DNA from: a virus
Taxonomy: Duplodnaviria; Caudoviricetes
DNA: 37,984 nt
Strand: one strand, 5' to 3'
Virus record (IMG/VR): IMGVR_UViG_3300044618_001120
Span: 1 to 37,984 of that record
Positions within the stretch are counted from its first letter, which is position 1. Each line of letters begins with the position of its first letter. The position numbers and the translations under genes were made by a program. The notes under the pieces were generated by a model. The model ran no database searches and was not told the DNA's origin. It was given only the letters and a program-made list of their open reading frames with translations. Below are positions 16,307 to 27,300 of the stretch, piece after piece.

Positions 16307-18351
16307 GTATATTGGACGACATTAGGCAAAGGATTGCAGACGCGGTTTTACCAAGCCAAAAACGCGGTTTGTTACCATACGACCGTATGGGTAGCCAACG
16401 TAACATTGGTTCCGTGAGCGCGGGTAATGAAACAGAGGCCTCGTTACGCGGTACCGTCTTTGCATGTTTACAGCATAGGGCCAACGCTCTGAGTGCAATT
16501 AAATTTAATACGTTCAAAGAGCAAAATTTTGACCGCTCAGAATTGGGCGCGGACCATTGGGCGTCACGTTTGTTAGCAAACCCAAACCCGTATTTTGTGC
16601 GCTCTCAGATTTATTCCTATATTGAAAATTGGTTATCTATTAACGGTAACGCGTTTATTTGGACGCCGACCAACGGTTATCATGTTCCGTTACAAATGTG
16701 GGTATTAAACCCAACGCGCGTGCGCATTATTAAGGGCTCTGAGAAATTTGTGGACGGTTACATATACCAAAGCGCTCAGGATGGAAACATACATATTCCC
16801 GAGCGTGAAATGGTCCATTTGGCTCGTATTCACCCCGCCGCACGACCCGAGGAAATTGTGGGAATGAATATGCTTGGGGTTGGGCTTGTAACGGCCGCCT
16901 TGGAATATGCGAATATCGATAGAGAGGTTTCCGCATATTTGCAACGGTTATTTGAAAACAATACCGTTCCGCCATTGATAGCAGAGCACCCCGACACCGT
17001 GGACCGTGAAACATGGGAACGCATTAGAGACGGTTGGAATGAGGCGTTACCAAAATATAAATTACGTGCGTTGTTACATGGGGGAATGAAACTAAATTTA
17101 CCACCAAAGGGTGAACTTGCTATAAGTTACGACGCCGTGAGCGCCGACACACGTTCACAAATTGCTCAGGTTTTCGGCGTGCCCCCGGGCATGTTAACAG
17201 GGGAATTTCAAAACCGCGCAACCGCAGAGGTCCAATTTCAGATATTTAGACAAAACACAATAGACCCCGAGGCGTTATACATAGCAGAGGAATTAACGCG
17301 CCATTTTAGACGATTTGAGGACGACGTTTTAATAGAACCCGAGCCGTACGTTTACAAAGATTTGGACGCCGATTTAAAGCAAGAGGAATTCCAATTACGT
17401 TGGGGTATCAAGACAATTAACGAGGCGCGTGCGGACCGTGGATACGATACCATAACGGGCGGGGATATTCCGTTAATTGCAAATGGTTTAACGCCATTGC
17501 AAACAATAACAAGCGCACAGCCCGCACAAATTACCGCAAAGGCCCCACAATTGCCCGTGGCGCGTCGAAGTTTCCCGTATAATACCAATGAGGCCCGCGC
17601 TGAGTTTTGGCGCAATTACGACGGTTTAACAACGGAAAACCAAATAGCCATAGAGGCGGTTGTGAAAACCGCAATAAATGATTTACGCAAAGAAATGATT
17701 TTGAATATTGAGGCGGGTCAATATAACATGTTTGGCGTGACGGTTCCAAATGAAACAAGCGAACGCATAGAACGGGCTTGTAATGACGCGGTTCAAAGAG
17801 TGGCGGAAAACGTCGCCATAAATTTAGAGGGTAACGCAATACCATTGGACGGACCATACGGCCAAACGCTCAGGAATTTTGCACAGGAAAACGCCGCTAA
17901 AATTGCGGATAGTTTTAACGTATTGAAAGTGGACGTTACAAACGTTATTGCAAACAATGCGCAAAAAGACAAAACGCAATTATTGGCAATTATTACCGAC
18001 CGTTTCAAAAACGTTTATTCTGAGAGTAGATTGCGCGCAATTGCAAATACTGTGAGTGCGTCGGTTACGAGTGGTTCCCAAATGCACACGTATAAACGTT
18101 TGGGTTATTCGTATATATGGCTAACAGAACAAGACAATAGAGTACGACCAAGCCACCAATTAATGGAGGGCAAAGAGGTTGGAGCAATGGGTACGTTTTT
18201 GGTTCCTGAAATTAGAATAACGAAAAATGCGGACGGAACCACGACAGAGCAAATAGTGGGTTACACAGAAACAGACCGACCGTTAGGGGACGGGTTGCCC
18301 GCGTCGGGCGCCGTTAATTGCCGTTGTCAATTATTCCCCGTAAAACGATAA
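16303..18351 (+). CDS. HK97-type portal fused to a MuF/gp7-like minor head domain
   Basis: Portal motifs NGNAFI, LNPTRV, IAQVFGVPP and INEARA; C-terminal WLTEQDNRVRPSH...NCRC. Confidence 0.85.
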   Translation: MSILDDIRQRIADAVLPSQKRGLLPYDRMGSQRNIGSVSAGNETEASLRGTVFACLQHRANALSAIKFNTFKEQNFDRSELGADHWASRLLANPNPYFVRSQIYSYIENWLSINGNAFIWTPTNGYHVPLQMWVLNPTRVRIIKGSEKFVDGYIYQSAQDGNIHIPEREMVHLARIHPAARPEEIVGMNMLGVGLVTAALEYANIDREVSAYLQRLFENNTVPPLIAEHPDTVDRETWERIRDGWNEALPKYKLRALLHGGMKLNLPPKGELAISYDAVSADTRSQIAQVFGVPPGMLTGEFQNRATAEVQFQIFRQNTIDPEALYIAEELTRHFRRFEDDVLIEPEPYVYKDLDADLKQEEFQLRWGIKTINEARADRGYDTITGGDIPLIANGLTPLQTITSAQPAQITAKAPQLPVARRSFPYNTNEARAEFWRNYDGLTTENQIAIEAVVKTAINDLRKEMILNIEAGQYNMFGVTVPNETSERIERACNDAVQRVAENVAINLEGNAIPLDGPYGQTLRNFAQENAAKIADSFNVLKVDVTNVIANNAQKDKTQLLAIITDRFKNVYSESRLRAIANTVSASVTSGSQMHTYKRLGYSYIWLTEQDNRVRPSHQLMEGKEVGAMGTFLVPEIRITKNADGTTTEQIVGYTETDRPLGDGLPASGAVNCRCQLFPVKR

Positions 18352-18381
18352 CATACACACCTAAAAAAAGAGCGCAATAAC

Positions 18382-19389
18382 ATGGAAATAATTAAACGAG
18401 CGTACCGACTCGAACCCCGCGGTTATGAGGGGTATGAGGGTAACGAACATGAGGGCAAAGAGGCCCCGCAAGATATTTACACATTTGTGGTTTCCACGCC
18501 GGAAATTGATAGATACGGGACGGTAATTGTTCCAAGTGGAATTGATTATACGGCGTACCTAAACAACCCAATTGTGTTGGCACAGCATGAGGCCGACGAG
18601 TGGCCAATTGGTAAGTGTTTGGGGTTTGCTATGAATGGGGAAAATTTAGAGGCCACACTACAAATACACAGAATTACAGACGAAGCGTGTGAGGTTGCGG
18701 ATTTGGTCCGTAACGGATATGTAAACGCCGTGAGCGTTGGTATCATTCCGACGGAATGGGAGGAAAAAAACGTGGACGGCGAAACGGTTACGTTTTATAC
18801 CAAATCTGAGTTAGTGGAATTTTCTATTGTTAGTATTCCCGCCAATAGACAAGCACTACTTAAAAAGCGTTTGGAACGTGACCATAAAAAAACGAATAAA
18901 AAACGAAATTTAGAAACCATATTTAACAAAGCCAAAAAGGTAAATAAAATGTTGACACCGGAACAAACAACGGCGTTAAGTGAGCAATTTATGCCCGTGC
19001 TCATTGAGGCCGCCACGACGTTTTTACGTGACGAGTTGGGCATAGCAGAGGACGACGCGATTAAAGCCGCTGAGGCGGGCGCAATGGCGGCGGGTGACGC
19101 AATGTTAGCCGTATTAAACGGTGACGCGCCCGAGGTTGCCCCCGAGGTTGTGGAGCCCGTAACAGCGGAACCAATGCCAACGGAAAACGAACCCGCACCC
19201 GTAGCGGCGTCATATCAAAACAGAGCGGGCAAAAAGATAAGCGCCACAACGTATGGCATGATAACCGAGGGGCTCCAAATGATTGCAGAGGGTAACAAAA
19301 AAATTTCCAACGCAATTGCTCAGGACCGCGGATTTGAAATTAAACCCGCAAAAAAATTAACTGATAACGAGTTGTTAAACCTTATTTAA
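18382..19389 (+). CDS. HK97-type prohead protease with an acidic C-terminal (scaffold-like) extension
   Basis: DRYGTVI, NPIVLAQH, PIGK, AVSVG and ELVEFSIVSIPAN. Confidence 0.88.
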   Translation: MEIIKRAYRLEPRGYEGYEGNEHEGKEAPQDIYTFVVSTPEIDRYGTVIVPSGIDYTAYLNNPIVLAQHEADEWPIGKCLGFAMNGENLEATLQIHRITDEACEVADLVRNGYVNAVSVGIIPTEWEEKNVDGETVTFYTKSELVEFSIVSIPANRQALLKKRLERDHKKTNKKRNLETIFNKAKKVNKMLTPEQTTALSEQFMPVLIEAATTFLRDELGIAEDDAIKAAEAGAMAAGDAMLAVLNGDAPEVAPEVVEPVTAEPMPTENEPAPVAASYQNRAGKKISATTYGMITEGLQMIAEGNKKISNAIAQDRGFEIKPAKKLTDNELLNLI

Positions 19390-19403
19390 TAGAGTAAATA
19401 AAC

Positions 19404-20603
19404 ATGGAAAATATTGTAATTACACCCGACCAATTAAAAATGGTTGTGGAAACAAAAGCAAACGAAAAAGCGCAAGACATTTTGCGTAATGCAAACCCAA
19501 CACACGTAACGGGATTTGTTAAGATTAAAGCAGACCACGACGCACGCCGCGACCAAGCACGCGTTATTTCTGATTACATTAATGCAAAGCACAAAGGCGA
19601 CCACGCGGGCGCTGAGTCAATTGCGCGTGATGCAAACAACAAATACGTTACCCGTGCCAATTTCAATACAGGAACAACGGCCCAAGGTGGCGCGGTTGTC
19701 CCCGCGTTTTGGGTTGAGGAAATCATGAATTTTGCGGACCGTTTTGGTTACGCTCGTGCCCTTGCTAAAATTTACCCAATGAGAGGTAACAAAGAGTATT
19801 TGGCGTCAAGTGGTAATTTCACCGCGGCCGTTGTAGCCGAGGGCTCAGGTTTAACAGTTACCGACTCTGCAAACTTTTTTACACAAACCACATTGCAAAG
19901 CCAAAAAGTTGTTGGCGGCGCTATCCTTTCAATTGAACAATTAGAGGACGCAACCCCCGCATTTTTGGATTATGTAACAAACGGTTTGGGCCGTGCCATT
20001 GCGGGCAAAGAGGACGAACAATTTTTTAACGGTAATGGGACCGCTCCAAATTTCACAGGCGCATTGAACATTTCAGGTTCTACTGTAACATATTTGGGTG
20101 GCGCGTCTAACAGTGGTAAAACAGCGTTTTCCGCAATTTCATGGACCGACCTAATTAATTTGCGTTTGTCTCTTAATTCCACAGTTGGCGCAAACGGCGT
20201 GTTTGTTGTTCCGCAAAGCGTATTCGGTCATATAATCAAAGAAATGGACCAACAAGACCGCCCAATATGGAACCAATTACAGCCTATGGATATTCCCGCA
20301 ATTGGCCTAACAGCTCTTGAGGGTAACACATACGTAACGCCATTTGGCCGCCCTATGCACGTTGTCCCCGACTCATTGTTCCCAACAAGCGCCGCGAACA
20401 AAGGTTGTGCGTTATATGCTGATTTTGCACAGTTCTCAATTCTTGGTATTCGTGAGGATATTATGGTTAACGAGTACAAGGAGTATTTCGGCGCAACCGG
20501 ATTGGGCGGAACACATCAGAAAGGCATCGAGGTTGTCGAGCGTATTGGCATTGCGTTCCCCGCACCAACGGCAATTGGCGTATTAAAAACAAGTGCAACC
20601 TAA
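19404..20603 (+). CDS. Major capsid protein (HK97 fold)
   Basis: GGAVVP, VAEG, EDEQFFNGNG, DQQDRPIW, GRP and ADF motifs; position after the protease. Confidence 0.9.
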   Translation: MENIVITPDQLKMVVETKANEKAQDILRNANPTHVTGFVKIKADHDARRDQARVISDYINAKHKGDHAGAESIARDANNKYVTRANFNTGTTAQGGAVVPAFWVEEIMNFADRFGYARALAKIYPMRGNKEYLASSGNFTAAVVAEGSGLTVTDSANFFTQTTLQSQKVVGGAILSIEQLEDATPAFLDYVTNGLGRAIAGKEDEQFFNGNGTAPNFTGALNISGSTVTYLGGASNSGKTAFSAISWTDLINLRLSLNSTVGANGVFVVPQSVFGHIIKEMDQQDRPIWNQLQPMDIPAIGLTALEGNTYVTPFGRPMHVVPDSLFPTSAANKGCALYADFAQFSILGIREDIMVNEYKEYFGATGLGGTHQKGIEVVERIGIAFPAPTAIGVLKTSAT

Positions 20604-20616
20604 TTAGGAACGCGTA

Positions 20617-20787
20617 ATGATTAACGTAATTATGTTAGTTGACGCGTACGGATTACGGGCGGGCCAATATTCTCAGTTTAACAACGAAGAGTACGCCCGC
20701 CTATATTCCCAAGGCGTTTGCAAAGAAATAGAAACAGAAACAAAAGCGGAACCAAAGCCCGCAAAAACAATAACAAAGAAAAAATAA
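20617..20787 (+). CDS. Small post-capsid protein (56 aa, Lys-rich tail)
   Basis: Hand-translated MINVIMLVDAYGLRAGQ...KKK fills the capsid-connector gap. Confidence 0.65.
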   Translation: MINVIMLVDAYGLRAGQYSQFNNEEYARLYSQGVCKEIETETKAEPKPAKTITKKK

Positions 20788-20791
20788 AACC

Positions 20792-21418
20792 ATGCCATAT
20801 ACAAGCGCGTACCCACGACAATTTACAGCGTTTACAAAGTTTTTAAATTTAGAGGTTAGCGGTGACCCGACCGCTGAGGAAACCGCCTTGTATTCATGGT
20901 TTGACGATTTGTTTACGACGTGTTATACAATTGCCGAGCAATTTTGTGGGCAACCGCTAAGACAAGTAAACAAAACATATCAATTTTACGCCAACGCGGG
21001 CCGTCACGGGCTCGAAAGTAACCACGTGTGGAAATATATCCCATACTATGCAAACACTACCGTTACGGCTCTCGAATGGCGTGAGAATGAATTTGCAACG
21101 TACGCGGCGTTTCCGTCGGTAGATTATGCGTTCCAAACAGAGGATTTTGCGTGTTATCTTATTTTCAGGAATAAGACAAACGGACAATTTAAAGCAACCA
21201 TACAAACAGGGTACACCGACGCCACAATGCCATATGCAATTTTGCAAGGCATTACAGAAATGGCGGCGTTAACTTACAAGCAGTCACCCGACGGCGGTAA
21301 TTGGTTTGGGCTAAGTAGTGTAAACAGCGGGGGCAACGGGGCGACCGTTTCCCAAGCGTTAAAAGAAAATATTGATTGGCAAAAGCATTTCCGAAAATTT
21401 GTTATTCCGGCGGTTTAA
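20792..21418 (+). CDS. Head-tail connector/adaptor
   Basis: AEQFCGQPL and TGY...PYAILQGI patterns; position. Confidence 0.7.
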   Translation: MPYTSAYPRQFTAFTKFLNLEVSGDPTAEETALYSWFDDLFTTCYTIAEQFCGQPLRQVNKTYQFYANAGRHGLESNHVWKYIPYYANTTVTALEWRENEFATYAAFPSVDYAFQTEDFACYLIFRNKTNGQFKATIQTGYTDATMPYAILQGITEMAALTYKQSPDGGNWFGLSSVNSGGNGATVSQALKENIDWQKHFRKFVIPAV

Positions 21419-21876
21419 TGGCTCTGTTTAATGTGGCTCAGTTACAAGCGCAATTACAACCGTTATACAATGATTTTGCGTACCAATATACCGACGAGTT
21501 ACAGGCGCTCGCAGGTGCCAATATGGTTTACGCCACAAAGGCCGACAAGCGCACGCGAAACACGGGGGACAAATTGCGACGCATTACGGGCGCGTTGTTC
21601 AAATCATTGCGCCGTAATGATGCAAACAACGTATTTGATATTAAAACAAGCGCGTTTGGATTTAACGTTATTTATGGTTCCGCATTACCATACGCCGCAA
21701 TACATGAATACGGCGGGCGCGCGGGCAAAGGATTAAAAGTAAACATACCAAAACGCCCGTATTTATTACCCGCGTTGGAACAATTCGACAAAACCACAAA
21801 AGAAAAATTTACAAACGCCGTGAAATACCAAATAACATTGGAAATAATGAAATGGCTAGAGAAACAAAAGCGTTAA
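21418..21876 (+). CDS. Virion morphogenesis/neck protein (Mu gpG / HK97 gp10-like)
   Basis: TGAL..SL, YAAIHEYGG and IPKRPYLLPA. Confidence 0.78.
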   Translation: MALFNVAQLQAQLQPLYNDFAYQYTDELQALAGANMVYATKADKRTRNTGDKLRRITGALFKSLRRNDANNVFDIKTSAFGFNVIYGSALPYAAIHEYGGRAGKGLKVNIPKRPYLLPALEQFDKTTKEKFTNAVKYQITLEIMKWLEKQKR

Positions 21877-22310
21877 ACGGCGTAACTGATTTGCTTAGAG
21901 AATTACAAGGCGTGCGGGTTTACGACGTCATTACCGTAGATAAATGGGACACCTTGCAATTTAATTACGTTGGAATTTTACATTGCGAAGACTCACGGGA
22001 ATTGGAGCCGTTAGAAGATAACAGCGCAATGGTAAATATGGGCCAATTAGAAATATATTTATTAGTGGGTGCTCAGGTTAAAAAGAGCGCCACAAATAAA
22101 CACAATGTACGGGACGCGCTCGCGAACATTTGCGAACAAGTGGAATACAAATTGCATAACGTCGTTTTACCGTCGTATGTTTCCGATTATGAGGCCGCCG
22201 AGTTTGCCCCATTGCATTACGTTAGTTCACAGGCGTTACAATACAATGAAGACAATACAAAGGGTCTGAGTATTATGGTATTCAGAACAAAATACATACG
22301 GAGCAATTAA
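21852..22310 (+). CDS. Putative tail terminator/completion protein
   Basis: Size and position between the neck and tail tube genes. Confidence 0.5.
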   Translation: MARETKALNGVTDLLRELQGVRVYDVITVDKWDTLQFNYVGILHCEDSRELEPLEDNSAMVNMGQLEIYLLVGAQVKKSATNKHNVRDALANICEQVEYKLHNVVLPSYVSDYEAAEFAPLHYVSSQALQYNEDNTKGLSIMVFRTKYIRSN

Positions 22311-23012
22311 ATGTATTTGAGCATTTGCGTACTATACACTAACGACGACGATTTAATGGCGTGGCGTATGGCATTACCGAAAACCACCGCCAAACATAAA
22401 GTACAAATTGTGGCGCTCAGGACGGAGCAAACCGCCGCGGTTACGGAACCCGAGTTAAACGTGGTTGGTGACACGGAATTATTAACGGGTTTGGTTTGGC
22501 GTTACAATGATTTTTCGGAACAATTTGATTTTGCATATTTGCGAAATACAGTTGACACGTACGCCCGTGGTGAGTGGATATTGCATATTGATGCGGACGA
22601 ACGCCTAACGACGCCCCACGGGGATTTATGGGCGTTTTTAGAGGCATTAAACGAGACCGACGCCCCCGCCTCGTATGTTTCCGTTTATGGTATCATGGAC
22701 GGGGTAAACAAAAGCGGACGCGCGGAACGTTACATAAATGCAAACATGCGTTTACACCGCAAAAGCGCGGGGCTCAAATGGGACGGAATTTGTCACGAAA
22801 CATTAGACAAAAGCGCGTACGATTTGGGCGCGTTTGCTGATAGCGAAATAATGTTATTTCATTTGGGGTACAACCAAGGCCCCGAGGTGCAAAAACAAAA
22901 AGCAGAGCGCAACGCAAAGTTACTTGTAAGGGAATACACACGTAACAAATGCGCTCGCAATTGGGATTACTTGGTAAAAACGTTTGGATATTTACACAAC
23001 TACAAAACATAA
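22311..23012 (+). CDS. GT2-family glycosyltransferase
   Basis: FDFAYLRN, ARGEWILHIDADERL (DXD), WDGICHE and HLGY...KAERN motifs. Confidence 0.8.
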   Translation: MYLSICVLYTNDDDLMAWRMALPKTTAKHKVQIVALRTEQTAAVTEPELNVVGDTELLTGLVWRYNDFSEQFDFAYLRNTVDTYARGEWILHIDADERLTTPHGDLWAFLEALNETDAPASYVSVYGIMDGVNKSGRAERYINANMRLHRKSAGLKWDGICHETLDKSAYDLGAFADSEIMLFHLGYNQGPEVQKQKAERNAKLLVREYTRNKCARNWDYLVKTFGYLHNYKT

Positions 23013-23023
23013 GAGGCAATAAA

Positions 23024-23575
23024 ATGGCAGTTATTGGAGGCGGAAATTATTCCGTATTTTTTACAGCCGACGAAACCACGGGGACATGGTCCACTACGGT
23101 TCAAATCGCATTAAACAAAAAGATTAAAACAAGCGTTTCGCGTACGTCTTTCACATTGGACCAAAACGACGACACGCCGGAAATGACGACGTTTCTTGAA
23201 TTATACGCGCCCGTAACACAGGCCGCAAGCGACGCGGGGGAATATGAGGACGGCGTTAAATTCAATTCGGCAACCGCAAACAGCCAAACACTAGGACAAA
23301 TCATTTACGGCGGTAAATTGGTTTCAAGTGGTACGGGACAAACAAAACGTAAGGTTGTTTTAATGCTATGCAAATTGGCGCAAGATGCAGGCTCATTTGA
23401 TATGGAGTCAGGAAAATATACCAAGCCAAAGGTAGCGGGTGAAGTTGTTAATAACGACGTGGTGGTAACAGTACCCGCCGCATGTTTTAACACGCTATTT
23501 GTGAGCGCTCCAATTACCGTGACTATTCCACAGGACGTGGGGTACAAAGAGGTATGGATTACATGCGATAAGTAA
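23024..23575 (+). CDS. Major tail (tube) protein, putative
   Basis: Position before the chaperone and tape measure; followed by a hairpin; A-rich start context. Confidence 0.6.
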   Translation: MAVIGGGNYSVFFTADETTGTWSTTVQIALNKKIKTSVSRTSFTLDQNDDTPEMTTFLELYAPVTQAASDAGEYEDGVKFNSATANSQTLGQIIYGGKLVSSGTGQTKRKVVLMLCKLAQDAGSFDMESGKYTKPKVAGEVVNNDVVVTVPAACFNTLFVSAPITVTIPQDVGYKEVWITCDK

Positions 23576-23589
23576 TTTAGATTAAACAC

Positions 23590-23610
23590 GGGGCGTCATT
23601 AGGGCGCCCC
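23590..23610 (+). terminator. GC hairpin after the tail tube gene (terminator/attenuator)
   Basis: GGGGCGTC-ATTAG-GGCGCCCC; the U-tract is weak. Confidence 0.5.
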
Positions 23611-23642
23611 AATTGTATATATATTTTTGGAGTTGTAACAAT

Positions 23643-24140
23643 ATGAAATTTTACGTAGACGGCCAAGCAGTTGAAGCGCCATTATACCAAATTTTAACGC
23701 CCGCATTGTACGAAAAAATTACACCTATGTTATTGGAATTGGCTCAGAGCAAAGGGGCGCAAACAGCGGCGGAACAAGAAATATTAAACAAGGTTTACGC
23801 GGTTCCGCATTTGTCCGAAAAAATCAATTTACAAAATGGCGCGGACGCGTTCGCCGATATTATGAATGACTTTCGTTTCCAAGAAATTGTAAAAGACGCA
23901 TATTTGAAAGTTCGTGCAAATTTATTTGAGGTTATCAATATAGACACGACAACAATACCGTTAATTTTTGAGTTTGTTAAAACCGTTGTGGACGTTAAAA
24001 AAGTAACCAACGCACAATTATTGGTTGGTCTGCAAAGTGAAACAAATAGCGAGTTTTGGGCGTCTCAGGATTTGGACGGTATATTGGACGACCTTAAATT
24101 TTTTCGTGACACAGTATGCAAGCGAGTGCGTATTGGTTGA
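23643..24140 (+). CDS. Tail assembly chaperone (G-like)
   Basis: Position between the tube and tape measure genes; ends at a LKFFR slippery region. Confidence 0.65.
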   Translation: MKFYVDGQAVEAPLYQILTPALYEKITPMLLELAQSKGAQTAAEQEILNKVYAVPHLSEKINLQNGADAFADIMNDFRFQEIVKDAYLKVRANLFEVINIDTTTIPLIFEFVKTVVDVKKVTNAQLLVGLQSETNSEFWASQDLDGILDDLKFFRDTVCKRVRIG

Positions 24141-24387
24141 GTATTACCGTAGCGAGTTCGTCGTATTTAACGACCCCGACGAAACGGAATATTTACAGGA
24201 CGACGGGGACAACCCGTTAGATTATTTGGACGACACGTTTGCGGAAAAATGGACTGTTTACTCTTGGGGCGCAATGGCAAAACCCGAGGCGTTTACGGCG
24301 TTATGGTATCACACCCCACGGTATGAGGTTTGGCAGATTATAGCAATGAATATGACCCATAATAAACTAACCAACAAGAGCAAATAA
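24106..24387 (+). CDS. Tail chaperone extension (T-like), probably reached by frameshift
   Basis: Overlapping +1 frame with no early ATG; abuts the tape measure ATG. Confidence 0.55.
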   Translation: MTQYASECVLVEYYRSEFVVFNDPDETEYLQDDGDNPLDYLDDTFAEKWTVYSWGAMAKPEAFTALWYHTPRYEVWQIIAMNMTHNKLTNKSK

Positions 24388-27300
24388 ATGGCAGACGCGC
24401 AGATTAGTTTTGGCATAGATACCCGCGAATTATTTGCGGGGTTGCAAAACGTATCGACACAGACCCAACAAACCATAACCAAGTTAGAACAAGACGCAAA
24501 ACGGTTAGGCGACGCCCTTGTAAATAACATGAGCAAAGGCGCGGGGGGCATTGCTAATAGTAAACGCGAGTTATTGGCATTTGTGGACGAAAATAAAAAA
24601 GCGTTGGCCGCTATGCAATTGAACGGCGAAGCGGGGACAAAGGCGTACAAAGCCATAGAGGATAGCGTAAAAAAAGCACAACAAGAGGTGGCGAAAATTG
24701 ACGACGCCGCCAAAAAAGTGGACGCGTCATTATCGGGGATTGGTGACGGGGGCAACGCCGCGACGGGAAAAATCGGGGGCATGTTCTCAGGATTAACAGA
24801 CAAAATACCGGGGCTCAGTGGTGGCCTCGGTAATTTGGGCGGTTCGTTTCAAAGTTTGGCGGGGGGCGTTACGGGGTTGGTGCCCGGTTTGGGCTCATTA
24901 ACGGGGGTATTGGCGGGCGGTGGTATTACCGCGGGCATTGCGGCCGTTGGGGCGGGCGTGGCCTATGCCATTGACAAGGGCAAAGAGTTCGAAACGCAGT
25001 TAGCGTCGTTAAGTTCCATCACGGGGGTTAGTGGCGCGGGCTTGGACGATTTGGGGGCAAAGGCTCAGAGCATGGCCACCAAGTTTGGAACGGACGCGAG
25101 CGCCAATATTGACGCGTTCAAAACTATCCTATCAAAGCTCGGACCCGACATTGCAAAGAGCCCCGAGGCTCTTAATAGTATGGCTGAGTCCGTTAACACA
25201 TTGTCCAAGGCAACGGGTGACGACCCCGGCGCCGCAACCGAGGCGTTAACGGGTGCGTTGTTACAATTCGGCGTGGATTTGGCCGACCCCAAAAACGCCG
25301 CGGACGCAATGGCGGTTGCAATGAATACATTAGCCGCGGGGGCAAAGTTTGGAGCGTCGGAGGTTCCCGAGGTCGCGGCCGCTATCAATGTGGCGGGGGT
25401 GGCGGCGTCCAAGTCCAAGGTTAGTTTTGAAGAAACAAACAGCGCTATTCAAATACTTGCGGCGGGTGGTAAGGTTGGAGCCGAGGCGGGTACGTCGTTA
25501 CGTAACGTGTTAAACAAATTAGGGGAGGGCCGATTTTTACCCAAGGACACCGCAAAGGAATTGGAAAAGGCGGGCGTTGATATTAACAAGCTCGGGGACA
25601 CCTCGATAACGTTTTCAGAGCGTTTGCGTGAATTGCAAAAAATACAAAGCGACGCGGCGTTAACTACCAAGCTCTTTGGTACTGATAGTGCGGCGGCGTC
25701 TATTTTGATTAAAGGCGCGTTAAACGCCACGGGCTCAGGTATGGACGCCCTCACGGCGAACGTAACAGGGACCCAAACCGCCACAGAACAAGCCAAAATA
25801 AATATGGCAACATTTGCGGAAACATTGGCGCGCGTAAAATCTAACATTGATAATTTTGCTATTTCATTTTACCAAGGTATACAACAAGTTTTCGGCATGA
25901 TTGGGGAGGCCGTCGGCCCAAGTATGAGCCGTTTATTTGACGCGGTTGGCGGAACGTTCCAACGCATTTGGTCCGTTGTTGGTCCCGTGTTGGCGCTCAT
26001 AGGCGGGGGCATAATTTCAGGAATATCGAACGCAATTAACTTGGTAGTGGAAACCGTTACCATTGGTTACAATGTTTTTATATCCGTTTTCGACGGGATA
26101 TTAAACGCCGTGCAACCGATTATAGACGCGTTTTCAGAGGTTGGAAAAATCATTGGTGACGCGCTCGGGTTTGGTGACAAGGGCGGGGAAACATTGGATT
26201 TTATGGGTATATTCCAAAGCGTGTTAAACGGGGTTGGTGACGCCATTAGATTTGTAGCGGATTTAATAAGCGGGGCGCTCAGTGGCGCAATATCATTTGT
26301 ATTAACCCCCGTGCGTTTTTTAGCCGAGGTTATTGGCTCAGTAATTACAAAGGTTGCCGAGTGGATTAAACAAAGTGGAATACTAGAAACAGTAATTGGC
26401 GCGGTTACGAGCGCCGTGGATTTTTTCCAAGGCATAATTCAAAGCATAGAGGGGGCGTTTAACGCAGTCATTGCAACGGTAAACGATTTGATTGGATTTT
26501 GGAATGAAATGACAAGCATTGTCAATTTATCGGGCAACGTTTGGCAGGGGTTCCAAAGTGCGTTAAATTCAGTATGGGAAATAATTAAAAACGTTGCAAA
26601 CGCCATTTTTGATTTTGGCGCCAATATCATTACGACGTATTTAATTGAACCCGTCAAGGCCGCAATAGGTTGGGTTACGGGCATTGTGAGTAAAATAGGG
26701 GAATGGGTTTTAAGTTTTGGCGCGGTCCAAGGCGTTATTACAATTTTGAGAAACGCCGCCGCCGGGGTTAGTAGTTTCTTTGCAAATATCGGCTCATATA
26801 TTGATACCGTCAAAATGGCAATTGGTGGTATTGTTTCCGCATTAAATGAGGTTGGAAATTTAGTTAGCGAATTTTTCGGCGCAATATCACGGGCCGATTT
26901 CTCAGGTGCGTACAATGTAGTGGCCAATAGCATTAACAGAATATCAAGTGCGTACAAAGAGGGCCAAGAAACCGCGGGCAAATATTTACAAGCGCAAAAA
27001 GACCAAGAAGCCCAAGCCGCTAAAATGGCAAGCGTATTAGACAAGTTGGCGGGTAGTTCAACAAACGCCGCAAATAAACAAAAAGTATTAAACGATTTTA
27101 TTATACAAGATACCACAGAGGTAAAACCACCGCCGGGCGGGGACGACGACACAGAGGAAAAAGAAAAGGGCAAAACCGAAAAAACCATAACAGAATTTCA
27201 GAAACGCAAAAATGCGTACGACCAATTTGCGGCGCGTTTGGAGGTTTCCCGTGAGTCTGAATTTGCCAAGTTTACGGACCAACAAAAAAGAGAGAGCTCA

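Noticed and set aside
18179-18190. TTGGAGCA copies at 18179 and 34804
   Set aside because: They lie inside coding regions with no supported gene start, so they were not counted as sRNA targets.
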